A DNA stretch of 24,551 bases from Candidatus Iainarchaeum sp. (lineage in GTDB: Archaea; Iainarchaeota; Iainarchaeia; Iainarchaeales; Iainarchaeaceae): NCBI GenBank assembly GCA_038895675.1, contig JAWANB010000006.1, positions 1 to 24,551 on the forward strand, read 5' to 3'. The position numbers and the translations under genes are program-made. Below are positions 16,849-24,551 of the stretch, piece by piece. Below the pieces are notes generated by a model. That model was given only the letters and a program-made list of their open reading frames with translations. It was not told where the DNA came from and did not search any database. The number at the start of each line of letters is the position of its first letter. The stretch's first letter is position 1.

Positions 16849-18231
16849 CTATTCTTCTATATAGTGTGTTCCTATGCTTTTTTTTCTTTTTAGTGCTGCT
16901 TCAAAAGTCATTTTGCATATTAAAAGAGTTTCTTGGTTTTTTGTTTGTTTTAGTAAGGCTCTGATTTTGTTTAATCCTTCTTCTAACTTTTTTTTCTTTC
17001 TTATTATGCCGCAGTAATCCCACATTATTTTTCTTGCTTTTTCAAGTTCTTCTTTTTTTGTTATTTTGTTTTGTTCGGTCTTTTTTATTTTTGTGGTTTC
17101 TTTTTTTTTCAAGGCTTCTTTTGCAGCTATTTTTCCCATTACTAGGCCTTCTAAGAGTGAGTTTGAAGCTAATCTGTTTGCACCATGAAAACCATTGCAA
17201 GAACATTCGCCTATAGCATATATGCCTTTAATGTTTGTCATTCCTTTTTCGTTTGTCTTTATTCCTCCTATAGTGTAATGTGCTGCTGGTTCTATGGGTA
17301 TTTTTTGTTCTTCTGGGTTTATCCCATTTTCTATTAGTGATTTATAAACTATTGGAAATTTTTTTTTGAAGTCAATTATTTTTGTTGCGTCTAAAAAGAC
17401 TTTTTTGCCTTCTTCTATTTTTTGTTGTATTGTTATTGCTACTTTGTCTCTCGTGAGTAAAGGGTTGATTATTTGTTTTCCTTTTTCGTCAACTATTCGC
17501 GCTCCTTCTCCTCTAATTGCTTCGGTGAGTAATAGATTTTTATAATTTGTTCTTAGCGTAGTTGGGTGAAATTGCACAAATTCCATGTTAGTGATTTCAC
17601 AACCTATTTTGTGTGCTAAAATTATTCCTTTCCCAACAGTGTTTTTTGGGTTAGTGGTTTTTTCATAGAATGCTGCATAACCGCCAGTAGCTATTATTAT
17701 TGAATTCGCTTCTATTTCCTGGCTTTGGGTTTGAAGTATAAATTTTTTTTCTTGGATTATGTTGTTTACTTCTTGATTGTAAAAAAAGGTAGCGTTTTTT
17801 TGTTCTTTTGCTATTTTTTTTAAGAATATCAACAGGTTTTTTCCTGTTTGGTCTCCATTTATGTGTAATATTCTCCTTTGTGAATGGCCTCCTTCTAAAC
17901 CTAATTCTATTTTTTTGTCGCCGTCAAACTTTAAGCCTAAGTCTATGAGTTCTCTTATTGTTCTTTTTCCTTTTGAAGTAATCAAGTTAACGACTTTTTC
18001 GTTGCATAGTCCTTTGCCTGCTAAAATAGTGTCTTTAGCGTGTTTTTTCCATGAATCTTTTTTTCCTATTGCACAGGCTATTCCGCCTTGTGCATAATAA
18101 GTGTTTGAATCTAAACCTTTTGTAGAATCTAATACTGCTATTGTTTTGTCTTTTTGTTTGCAGGCTTCTATTAGGGCACTTAAGCCTGAAACTCCAGAAC
18201 CTATTATTGTTAAGTCGAATTTTTCACGCAT
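16849..18231 (-). CDS. nadB: L-aspartate oxidase
   Basis: GSGVSG, SNTYYAQGGIA, EGGHSQRRILH, EFVQFHPT, LLTEAIRGEG, AHYTIGGI, HGANRLASNSLLEG. ATG at 18231. Confidence 0.95.
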   Translation of the reverse strand: MREKFDLTIIGSGVSGLSALIEACKQKDKTIAVLDSTKGLDSNTYYAQGGIACAIGKKDSWKKHAKDTILAGKGLCNEKVVNLITSKGKRTIRELIDLGLKFDGDKKIELGLEGGHSQRRILHINGDQTGKNLLIFLKKIAKEQKNATFFYNQEVNNIIQEKKFILQTQSQEIEANSIIIATGGYAAFYEKTTNPKNTVGKGIILAHKIGCEITNMEFVQFHPTTLRTNYKNLLLTEAIRGEGARIVDEKGKQIINPLLTRDKVAITIQQKIEEGKKVFLDATKIIDFKKKFPIVYKSLIENGINPEEQKIPIEPAAHYTIGGIKTNEKGMTNIKGIYAIGECSCNGFHGANRLASNSLLEGLVMGKIAAKEALKKKETTKIKKTEQNKITKKEELEKARKIMWDYCGIIRKKKKLEEGLNKIRALLKQTKNQETLLICKMTFEAALKRKKSIGTHYIEE

Positions 18232-18282
18232 TAGCAAATTGGATTTATAAAGTGCTTAAAAAACAAGTCGTAATTTTTTTTG

Positions 18283-18381
18283 TGCGGAACCGGATCCGAG
18301 CAAAGACCCTTAGCAGTTTTCTCTTTCGCGAGTAAGCCTGATCCCAGTTCCGCATTCCGTTGGGTTTATGATTTCACCCAA
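18283..18381. ncRNA. Unassigned GC-rich structured RNA candidate between divergent nadB and the phosphatidyltransferase gene
   Basis: TGCGGAAC 18283-18290 / GTTCCGCA 18347-18354; GGATC 18292-18296 / GATCC 18340-18344; inner CTC..GAG hairpin; second hairpin TTGGGT..ACCCAA 18360-18381. Confidence 0.6.
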
Positions 18382-18440
18382 TTTTATTGTGTTCATTCTT
18401 ATATAAAGAATTTTTGGTTGATTATTTTTTTAGTGTCTTT

Positions 18441-19079
18441 ATGTTGAGCAAATTAAGGCCTATTATAAAGCCTTTTGTCGAGTCTGTTGCAAGAATTTTA
18501 GCTAATTTTGGTTTGTCGCCTAATTTTTTCAGTTTTTTAGCTATTCCTTTGGCTGTTATTTCTGCTTATTTTATTGTTCATCAAATTTTTTTGTTTGCTT
18601 TCTTATTTGGTTTAGTAGCTGTTTCTATTGACTTGTTTGATGGTACTTTAGCGAGATTGCAGGGCAAAGTTTCTTTGTTTGGCAATTATTTTGAAACAAT
18701 GGTTGATAAAGTGGTTGAGGTTGTTCTTTTTGTTGCTTGTGCTTTTCTTTATCCTGTTGCTGCTGTTTTGGCTCTTGGTTTTTCAATGTTGGTTAGTTAT
18801 GCAAAGCCGAGAGTCGCTTTGGTCATATTAACTGATAACAGAGATTGGCCTGGTGTTGGTGAGCATTCTGAGAGAATGCTTTTGCTTGTTTTGGGTATTT
18901 TATTTTCATACTTTGGTTTAACTTTTTTGACTTTTTCTGCTTTAGAATTTTCTCTTTGGCTTATTGCTGTTTTGTCTTTTATTGGTTTTGTTCAGAGAAT
19001 GTTTTTTGCTAAATCTTTGATTGAAGAGGCTGAGAAAAAAGGAAATATTTTGCCTTATCTTAAAAAGCAGAAAAAATAA
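18441..19079 (+). CDS. CDP-alcohol phosphatidyltransferase family protein
   Basis: DLFDGTLAR..GKVSLFGNYFETMVDKVVE signature, VSYAKPR; ATG at 18441. Confidence 0.9.
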   Translation: MLSKLRPIIKPFVESVARILANFGLSPNFFSFLAIPLAVISAYFIVHQIFLFAFLFGLVAVSIDLFDGTLARLQGKVSLFGNYFETMVDKVVEVVLFVACAFLYPVAAVLALGFSMLVSYAKPRVALVILTDNRDWPGVGEHSERMLLLVLGILFSYFGLTFLTFSALEFSLWLIAVLSFIGFVQRMFFAKSLIEEAEKKGNILPYLKKQKK

Positions 19080-19094
19080 TTTTAAGCAGTAAAA

Positions 19095-19550
19095 TTAGTT
19101 TTTTATTTTTGCTTTTATTATTCTTAACAACAAAAGAGCGGAAGTAGCTCCATGGATTAATGTGTGTTCTTTTGCCGTGGTTATTTCTTTTCCTTGGAGT
19201 GGTTTTTCGTATGTTTCAAGTTGTTTGATTATTGATTCTATTTTTTCTTTTCCTATTTCCTTGAATACTTCTAATACTTCTTGTGGTATTTGTTTGCTTG
19301 TGAGTATTTTTGTTTCGTCGTCGATTAGAGTTTCTATTGCTTTTATTGCTTTTCTTTTGTTTTGTTGTTTTATGCATGGTACTAAATTTAATTTTAGCAG
19401 GTGTTTTGCCATTTTTACTTTTTGTATTTGAAAATTGTTTTCATCTTGTTCTGTTCTTATTCCTCTTTCTCCCGGGTGGTAAGGGTATCTTTTTTGTAAT
19501 GCGGCAAAATAGTTTACAGCTGTTCTTACTGGTGATTTTTTTAATTCCAT
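19095..19550 (-). CDS. Hypothetical protein
   Basis: 151-aa ORF starting 4 nt after the TraB stop on the same strand; no motif recognised. Confidence 0.7.
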   Translation of the reverse strand: MELKKSPVRTAVNYFAALQKRYPYHPGERGIRTEQDENNFQIQKVKMAKHLLKLNLVPCIKQQNKRKAIKAIETLIDDETKILTSKQIPQEVLEVFKEIGKEKIESIIKQLETYEKPLQGKEITTAKEHTLIHGATSALLLLRIIKAKIKN

Positions 19551-19554
19551 TTTT

Positions 19555-20706
19555 TTACACCATTGTTGATATTATTGCTATTCCTATAAATGACCCTATT
19601 GTTGCTCCTAAATTTGATAGTGCAACTACTAATAAAATTTTTGTTACTTGGTTTTTGGATAGGTCTGTTAAGTTGTTTATGTTTTGTAGGTCTTCAAAGT
19701 CTTTTACTTTCGGTGTTCTAATTTTTGCTTCAACGTAACCTGTTATGAAGCCTACTGCTATTAGCGGGTGTAGTGTTGTTAGAGGTGCGGAAATGAAAGC
19801 AGTTATTATTGAGTATGGATGCGCTTTTGCTATTATCGTTCCTAATGCTGCAAAACTTCCTGTTATTATTACCCAATAAAGACTTGCTTTGAGTAGTGCT
19901 TCTATACCATTACTTATTAAGATCAAGATTATTAGTGTTAAGAAAATTGTAGGAATTATGTATGGTGCTATTTTGTTGAAAAGACTTTTTTGTGGTGTTT
20001 CTTCTGTTTTGTTTTCGAAAATTGTTTCTTTTCCTATTTTTTGTTTTATTCCTTGCAAATGACCTGCGCCTACTACTACGACAATTTTTTTTCCTGGCAT
20101 TTTCGCTATGTTGTTTGCTATATAACTATCTCTTTCGTCCACCAAGGCTTTTTTTAGGCCTGGCATTTCTCTTGTCATTTCGTTTATTATTTCTGTTATT
20201 ATGTCTGTTTTTTTTAGTTCTTCTATTTTTTCTTTTGTTATTTGTTCTCCTATACCAAATAAACTGCTTGTGATTGCTGCTATTAGTTTTGCTTTTTCTA
20301 TTATGTTCATGTTTTGAAATGCTCTTTTCATTGTAATGTTGACGTTTCTGTCTAACAAAAAAATTGGTTTTTGCTTTTCTTTTGCTGCTCTTATTGCTTC
20401 GAGCATTTCTTCTCCTGGTTTTATTCCTAATTCTTGCCCTATTCTTTTTTGCATGTTTGAGAGCAATATTGTGAGTAAAAGTATGCCTGATTGTCCTTTG
20501 TTTATTATTTCTCCTATGTTGGTGTTTTCCCATTTTTTTCCTTCTAATAATTGTCTGAGTCTCATTTCGTCTAATTCAACGCCTATTGCATCTGGATTTT
20601 CTTTTTCTATGGTTTCTCTAACTTCTTCAACGCTTTTTTTTGATATGTGTGCAGTGCCTACTAATATTATTTCTTTTTCTTCAAACTTTATTTTTTCTAT
20701 TGGCAT
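19555..20706 (-). CDS. traB: TraB/PrgY/GumN family protein
   Basis: ILVGTAHIS, GVELD, LVDERD, VVVVGAGHLQGI, C-terminal membrane segments. Confidence 0.92.
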   Translation of the reverse strand: MPIEKIKFEEKEIILVGTAHISKKSVEEVRETIEKENPDAIGVELDEMRLRQLLEGKKWENTNIGEIINKGQSGILLLTILLSNMQKRIGQELGIKPGEEMLEAIRAAKEKQKPIFLLDRNVNITMKRAFQNMNIIEKAKLIAAITSSLFGIGEQITKEKIEELKKTDIITEIINEMTREMPGLKKALVDERDSYIANNIAKMPGKKIVVVVGAGHLQGIKQKIGKETIFENKTEETPQKSLFNKIAPYIIPTIFLTLIILILISNGIEALLKASLYWVIITGSFAALGTIIAKAHPYSIITAFISAPLTTLHPLIAVGFITGYVEAKIRTPKVKDFEDLQNINNLTDLSKNQVTKILLVVALSNLGATIGSFIGIAIISTMV

Positions 20707-20802
20707 AAAATATTTTTTGTTATCAACAATTATAAGGTATTTGTTCGTTTTTCTTTTGTATTTTCTTTAAAAAGTGTTTTGAAGTCTTTTTTTTAGGTGT
20801 TT

Positions 20803-21690
20803 ATGAGTTCTAACCTTGTTTTTGGTTCTGATGTTTTGAAGCGCGGCCTTGCTCAAATGCTCAAAGGTGGCTGTATAATGGACGTTGTTAATGTGAAGCA
20901 GGCTAAAATAGCTGAAAAGGCTGGTGCTTGTGCTGTAATGGCTCTTGAAAAAGTGCCTGCTGACATTAGGGCTTCTGGTGGAGTTGCTCGCATGGCAGAT
21001 CCATTGAAAGTTAAGGAGATTATTGAAGCTGTTTCTATCCCTGTAATGGCTAAGTGTAGGATTGGGCATTTTGTTGAGGCTCAAGTGTTGCAGGAATTAG
21101 GTGTTGATTTTATTGATGAATCAGAGGTTCTAACTCCAGCTGACGAAAGTGCTCACATTTCAAAACACGATTTCAAGGTGCCTTTTGTTTGCGGGGCTAA
21201 AAATCTTGGCGAGGCTTTGAGACGAATCAGTGAAGGCGCTTCTATGATTAGGACTAAAGGAGAGGCTGGTACAGGCAACGTAGTTGAAGCAGTGAGGCAT
21301 GTGAAAGCTATTAGGAACAAAATTAGTGAGTTAAGGGCTTTAAGCCATGAAAAATTAGAAATATTTGCTCGTGAAAACAGAGTTAGTTTTTCTTTGGTTC
21401 AGGAAGTAGTTTCTTTAGGCAAGTTACCGGTAGTTAATTTTGCTGCTGGTGGCATTGCCACTCCTTCTGATGCTGCTTTGATGATGCAACTTGGTTGTGA
21501 TGGTGTTTTTGTTGGCTCTGGAATTTTTAAAAGTTCTAATCCTGAAAAAGTTGCAAAGGCTATTGTTAGGGCAGTTTCTTTTTATAATGATCCCCACGAA
21601 TTAGCTGAAGTTTCTTTTGGTTTAGGAAAGTTGATGGAAGGCTTGGAAATATCAAAATTAGAGTCAAGGCTTCAAGAGAGGGGTGTTTAA
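20803..21690 (+). CDS. pdxS: Pyridoxal 5'-phosphate synthase lyase subunit
   Basis: [61 protein letters not shown] before ATG 20803. Confidence 0.98.
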   Translation: MSSNLVFGSDVLKRGLAQMLKGGCIMDVVNVKQAKIAEKAGACAVMALEKVPADIRASGGVARMADPLKVKEIIEAVSIPVMAKCRIGHFVEAQVLQELGVDFIDESEVLTPADESAHISKHDFKVPFVCGAKNLGEALRRISEGASMIRTKGEAGTGNVVEAVRHVKAIRNKISELRALSHEKLEIFARENRVSFSLVQEVVSLGKLPVVNFAAGGIATPSDAALMMQLGCDGVFVGSGIFKSSNPEKVAKAIVRAVSFYNDPHELAEVSFGLGKLMEGLEISKLESRLQERGV

Positions 21691-22255
21691 TTTGCTCGTT
21701 GGTGTTCTTGCTTTGCAAGGGGATTTTTTAGAGCATTGTTTGCTTTTAAGTTCTTTGAATGTAGGTTTTGTTGAAGTTAGGAGAGCGTCAGAGCTTGACA
21801 AGTGCAATGCTCTCATAATTCCTGGCGGCGAAAGTACTGTTATTTCTAAATTGCTTTTAGAGACTGGCCTTGACCAGGAAATAAAAAAGCGTGTTAAAAA
21901 AGGCTTGCCTTTGCTTGGCACTTGTGCTGGTGCTATAATTTCTGCAAAAAGAGTAAGGTCTGAGGATAGGTTCAGTCCATTGGGTTTAATAGACATTGAA
22001 ATTGAGAGGAATTCTTATGGTAGGCAAATAGATTCTTTTGAGACTGAGTTGTCAGTTCAAGGGAAAAAAATTAGAGGCATTTTCATAAGGGCTCCTGTTA
22101 TTCGCAAGGTTGGTGCTAAAGTTAAAGTTTTAGCAAGTTTTGATAATACTCCTGTTTTGGTAAAGGAAAAGAATGTTATAGTTTCAACTTTTCATCCAGA
22201 ATTGGTTGGTGAAAAGTTTGTGCACGAACTTTTGTTAAAAGAAGTCCGAAAATAA
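21683..22255 (+). CDS. pdxT: PLP synthase glutaminase subunit
   Basis: [41 protein letters not shown] start overlapping the pdxS end. Confidence 0.97.
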   Translation: MFNLLVGVLALQGDFLEHCLLLSSLNVGFVEVRRASELDKCNALIIPGGESTVISKLLLETGLDQEIKKRVKKGLPLLGTCAGAIISAKRVRSEDRFSPLGLIDIEIERNSYGRQIDSFETELSVQGKKIRGIFIRAPVIRKVGAKVKVLASFDNTPVLVKEKNVIVSTFHPELVGEKFVHELLLKEVRK

Positions 22256-22263
22256 TTTTTTTG

Positions 22264-22375
22264 GGGGCTGTGGTCTAGCTTGGTTAGGATTCAGCGTTCG
22301 GGTGGTTTTTGGTTTAAATCGCTTTTTTCTTTCCAGAAAAACGCTGCGGCAGGAGTTCGAATCTCCTCAGCCCCA
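22264..22375 (+). tRNA. tRNA-Pro(CGG) with a 38-nt intron (22303-22340)
   Basis: GGGGCTG..CAGCG-TT-CGG-G / A-CGCTG-CGGC-AGGAG-TTCGAAT-CTCCT-CAGCCCC-A; relaxed BHB (TTCG/AGAA with one G.A mismatch; bulges GGT and AAA). Confidence 0.9.
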
Positions 22376-22385
22376 ATTTGAAAAA

Positions 22386-23039
22386 TCATTTTGTTTTTTT
22401 GTGTTTTTCATGGTGTCCTTTGAGTGTTGATATTTCAAAATCTGTGTGCTTTTTGTGCAAAGAAAAAATTATTGTTGCTAATTTAGCTCCTAAGCATAAG
22501 AAACCAAACAAGATAAGTGTTTTGCCAGAATAAGTTGATAGGTGATAAAAACCATCTTTAAACGCAAAATGCAATAATAGGAAAATTAAAGCAACGTAGC
22601 CCCAACCTTGCAAAGTTTTCCATCTTGTAAAACTTATTTCGCTTATTGATTTAGGCCTTGAAATAATTACTAAACCAATCAATACTAACAAGCCGAGTAT
22701 CAAATAAATGTTGGCATAATAATTAATTGGTTCTACCATTTTTTGAAAGTCTAATTTGTATATTCCTATTAAGAGTATTGCAAAGTAAGCAAAAGCAAAT
22801 AGAACACCGCTTATGCCTATTGGCTTTCTATATAATAGGTCGTGCCTAAATTTTTTTGGAAAAAGTCTTGAAATAGGCCCTAAAAATAGTGTTATGGCTA
22901 TTAATAGAATTGAAGTGAAAATCAAAGAATTTGCAAGGTTAACGATAAAGCTTAGGGAATTAGCCATCAAGTTAAAAGCCAATACAAAGATGAATACTAG
23001 ACTTGCGTTAGCATAGGCTCTTAATTCCATTGAATTCAT
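22386..23039 (-). CDS. Ferric-reductase-like transmembrane protein (MsrQ/STEAP-like)
   Basis: ITLFLGPISR, RKPIGI, RWKTLQGWGYVALIFLLLHF; start ATG 23039 or 23030. Confidence 0.75.
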   Translation of the reverse strand: MNSMELRAYANASLVFIFVLAFNLMANSLSFIVNLANSLIFTSILLIAITLFLGPISRLFPKKFRHDLLYRKPIGISGVLFAFAYFAILLIGIYKLDFQKMVEPINYYANIYLILGLLVLIGLVIISRPKSISEISFTRWKTLQGWGYVALIFLLLHFAFKDGFYHLSTYSGKTLILFGFLCLGAKLATIIFSLHKKHTDFEISTLKGHHEKHKKTK

Positions 23040-23105
23040 GATAAAAAGGACGAGAAAAGAATATTTATGCTTTTTGGATAACAATTAATATATTTTGTGA
23101 TTATT

Positions 23106-23474
23106 ATGCAACTAAAAGGACGGACGCGAAGAACGTTGCCTGCTAAAAAGCCTTCTTTTAATACGCCTTATGGGAAGTGGCCACGTAAAACTCCTTTGAG
23201 TAGATCTAGACTTGTTGAACGTATTTTAAACATGTCTCAACAAGAGGTTGTTAGATTTTTAAGAACTAAATTTCCACGAATATTAAGTGTTGATATAAAA
23301 ACAATATTAGGATTTTTAACTGAAATAAGAAGCCTTACCAAAGAGCTTAGGAATACTAAGAATAACAAACTTCGTACTGCCATTATTACTTCTCAATTAA
23401 ATGACGCTAAGAGCAAATTAGTAATGTTTTTGATAGATTTACAAACAAATTCTAATGTTCGAAAGAAGCGATAG
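23106..23474 (+). CDS. Hypothetical basic protein
   Basis: ORF filling the gap before the enolase 3' end; Arg/Lys/Pro-rich N-terminus, helical C-terminus. Confidence 0.6.
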   Translation: MQLKGRTRRTLPAKKPSFNTPYGKWPRKTPLSRSRLVERILNMSQQEVVRFLRTKFPRILSVDIKTILGFLTEIRSLTKELRNTKNNKLRTAIITSQLNDAKSKLVMFLIDLQTNSNVRKKR

Positions 23475-23485
23475 TCAGATTTTTT

Positions 23486-24550
23486 TTATAAGATGTTTTT
23501 TGGAAAAATTGCTTTTGTTCCTAAGTTTTCTTCTATTTTTAGTAGTCTGTTGTACTTTGCTGTTCTTTCGCTTCTTGCAGGTGCGCCGAACTTTGATTGG
23601 CCATACCCTAATCCTACTACTAAATCAGCTATGAAGTTGTCTTCTGTTTCTCCTGACCTGTGCGAGACTATTACTTTCCATTCGTTTTTTCTTGCTGTTT
23701 CTCCTGCTTCTATTGCTTCTGTTATTGTTCCTATTTGGTTTATTTTGAGTAAAAGTGCGTTGCATAATTTTTCTTGTACTGCTTTTTGTATTCTTTCAAC
23801 ATTTGTTACTAAAATATCATCTCCCACTATTTGTATTTTTTTTCCTAATTTGTTGTTAAATTCTTTCCATGCTTCAAAGTCATCTTCTGCAAAGCCGTCT
23901 TCTATCGAGACTATGTTGTATTTTTCGCACAATTCTTTGTAATAGTCTATTAATTCTGTTGCGCTATATTCTTTTTTTCCTATAGTGTATTTTTCATTCT
24001 TGTAAAATTCAGAGCTTGCACAGTCAAGGCCTATTAATACTTTTTTTTCATAACCTGCTTCTCTTATGCATGCTAAAAGTAGTTCTAATCTTTCTTCCAA
24101 ACTTTCAATTTTTGGAGCAAAGCCTCCTTCATCTCCTAACAACGTTCCTTGTTCTCCAAACTTTTGTTTAAGGCTTTTTTTGAGTGTATAATAAACTTCA
24201 ATTCCTGCTCTTAGTGCTTCGCTGTATGAATTAAATTTTGCCGGTATTATCATGTGTTCTTGCACATCATTTTCTTTGCCAGCGTGTTTTCCACTATTTA
24301 TTATGTTCATTTGTGGAATTGGTAAAAGTTGTTTTGCTTTGTATTTTTTTGCAAAGTATTCGTGTAAATCAAGGTTGTTTTCTTTTGCTATTGCTCTTGC
24401 AAAAGCCATTGAGGTTGAGAGTATTGCGTTTGCTCCTAATTTGCTTTTATTTTTTGTTCCGTCTAATTTTATTAGTTCGTTGTCAAGTTCTTCTTGGTTT
24501 GCATAATTATTATTTACAATTTTTTTCGCAATTATTGTGTTGACGTTTCT
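23486..24550 (-). CDS. eno: Enolase (5' part beyond the right edge)
   Basis: Frame open to the edge (LDGTKNKSKLGANAIL); GDEGGFAP, SIEDG, VGDD, LLKINQIG, SHRSGET, RSERTAKYN. Confidence 0.97.
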   Translation of the reverse strand, partial: RNVNTIIAKKIVNNNYANQEELDNELIKLDGTKNKSKLGANAILSTSMAFARAIAKENNLDLHEYFAKKYKAKQLLPIPQMNIINSGKHAGKENDVQEHMIIPAKFNSYSEALRAGIEVYYTLKKSLKQKFGEQGTLLGDEGGFAPKIESLEERLELLLACIREAGYEKKVLIGLDCASSEFYKNEKYTIGKKEYSATELIDYYKELCEKYNIVSIEDGFAEDDFEAWKEFNNKLGKKIQIVGDDILVTNVERIQKAVQEKLCNALLLKINQIGTITEAIEAGETARKNEWKVIVSHRSGETEDNFIADLVVGLGYGQSKFGAPARSERTAKYNRLLKIEENLGTKAIFPKNIL

Positions 24551-24551
24551 T

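Noticed and set aside
16824..17406. Near-repeat GCGTCTAAAA..CTTTTTT at ~16824 and ~17387
   Set aside because: Short, AT-rich, and one copy is inside nadB coding sequence; probably chance.
18283..18354. SRP RNA, TPP riboswitch, HDV-like ribozyme or tRNA
   Set aside because: Only isolated fragments match (CAGG, CCTGAT, GCTAAGGG); the required partner motifs, pseudoknot pairings and T-loop are missing.
1462..24543. Many short antisense or alternate-frame ORFs in the track
   Set aside because: They lie inside well-supported genes and are Phe/Leu- or Lys/Arg/Asn-rich shadows caused by strand skew.

Overview
AT-rich archaeal chromosome segment. Archaeal-type AlaRS and LeuRS plus BHB-intron tRNAs indicate an archaeon; a DPANN lineage such as Iainarchaeota/Diapherotrites is plausible but is my inference. 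Housekeeping content: alaS (partial, missing from the ORF track), leuS, argS, tRNA-Arg(TCT), tRNA-Pro(CGG), purD/purF, 5-formyl-THF cyclo-ligase, nadB, pdxS/pdxT, a CDP-alcohol phosphatidyltransferase, TraB and enolase (partial). Most unusual observations: (1) a 170-nt tRNA-Arg intron built from hairpins punctuated by AGCGTTAA, with a covarying second copy just downstream of the tRNA and a degenerate inverted trace in the tRNA-Pro intron; (2) a long RelA/SpoT homologue with an intact hydrolase but dead synthetase, downstream of a degenerate NhaP-antiporter-GNAT fusion, in a stretch where strand skew is locally inverted; (3) an uncalled 22-aa peptide ending CCCCCE ahead of a TRASH-type Zn-finger miniprotein; (4) a GC-rich structured non-coding element directly upstream of nadB.
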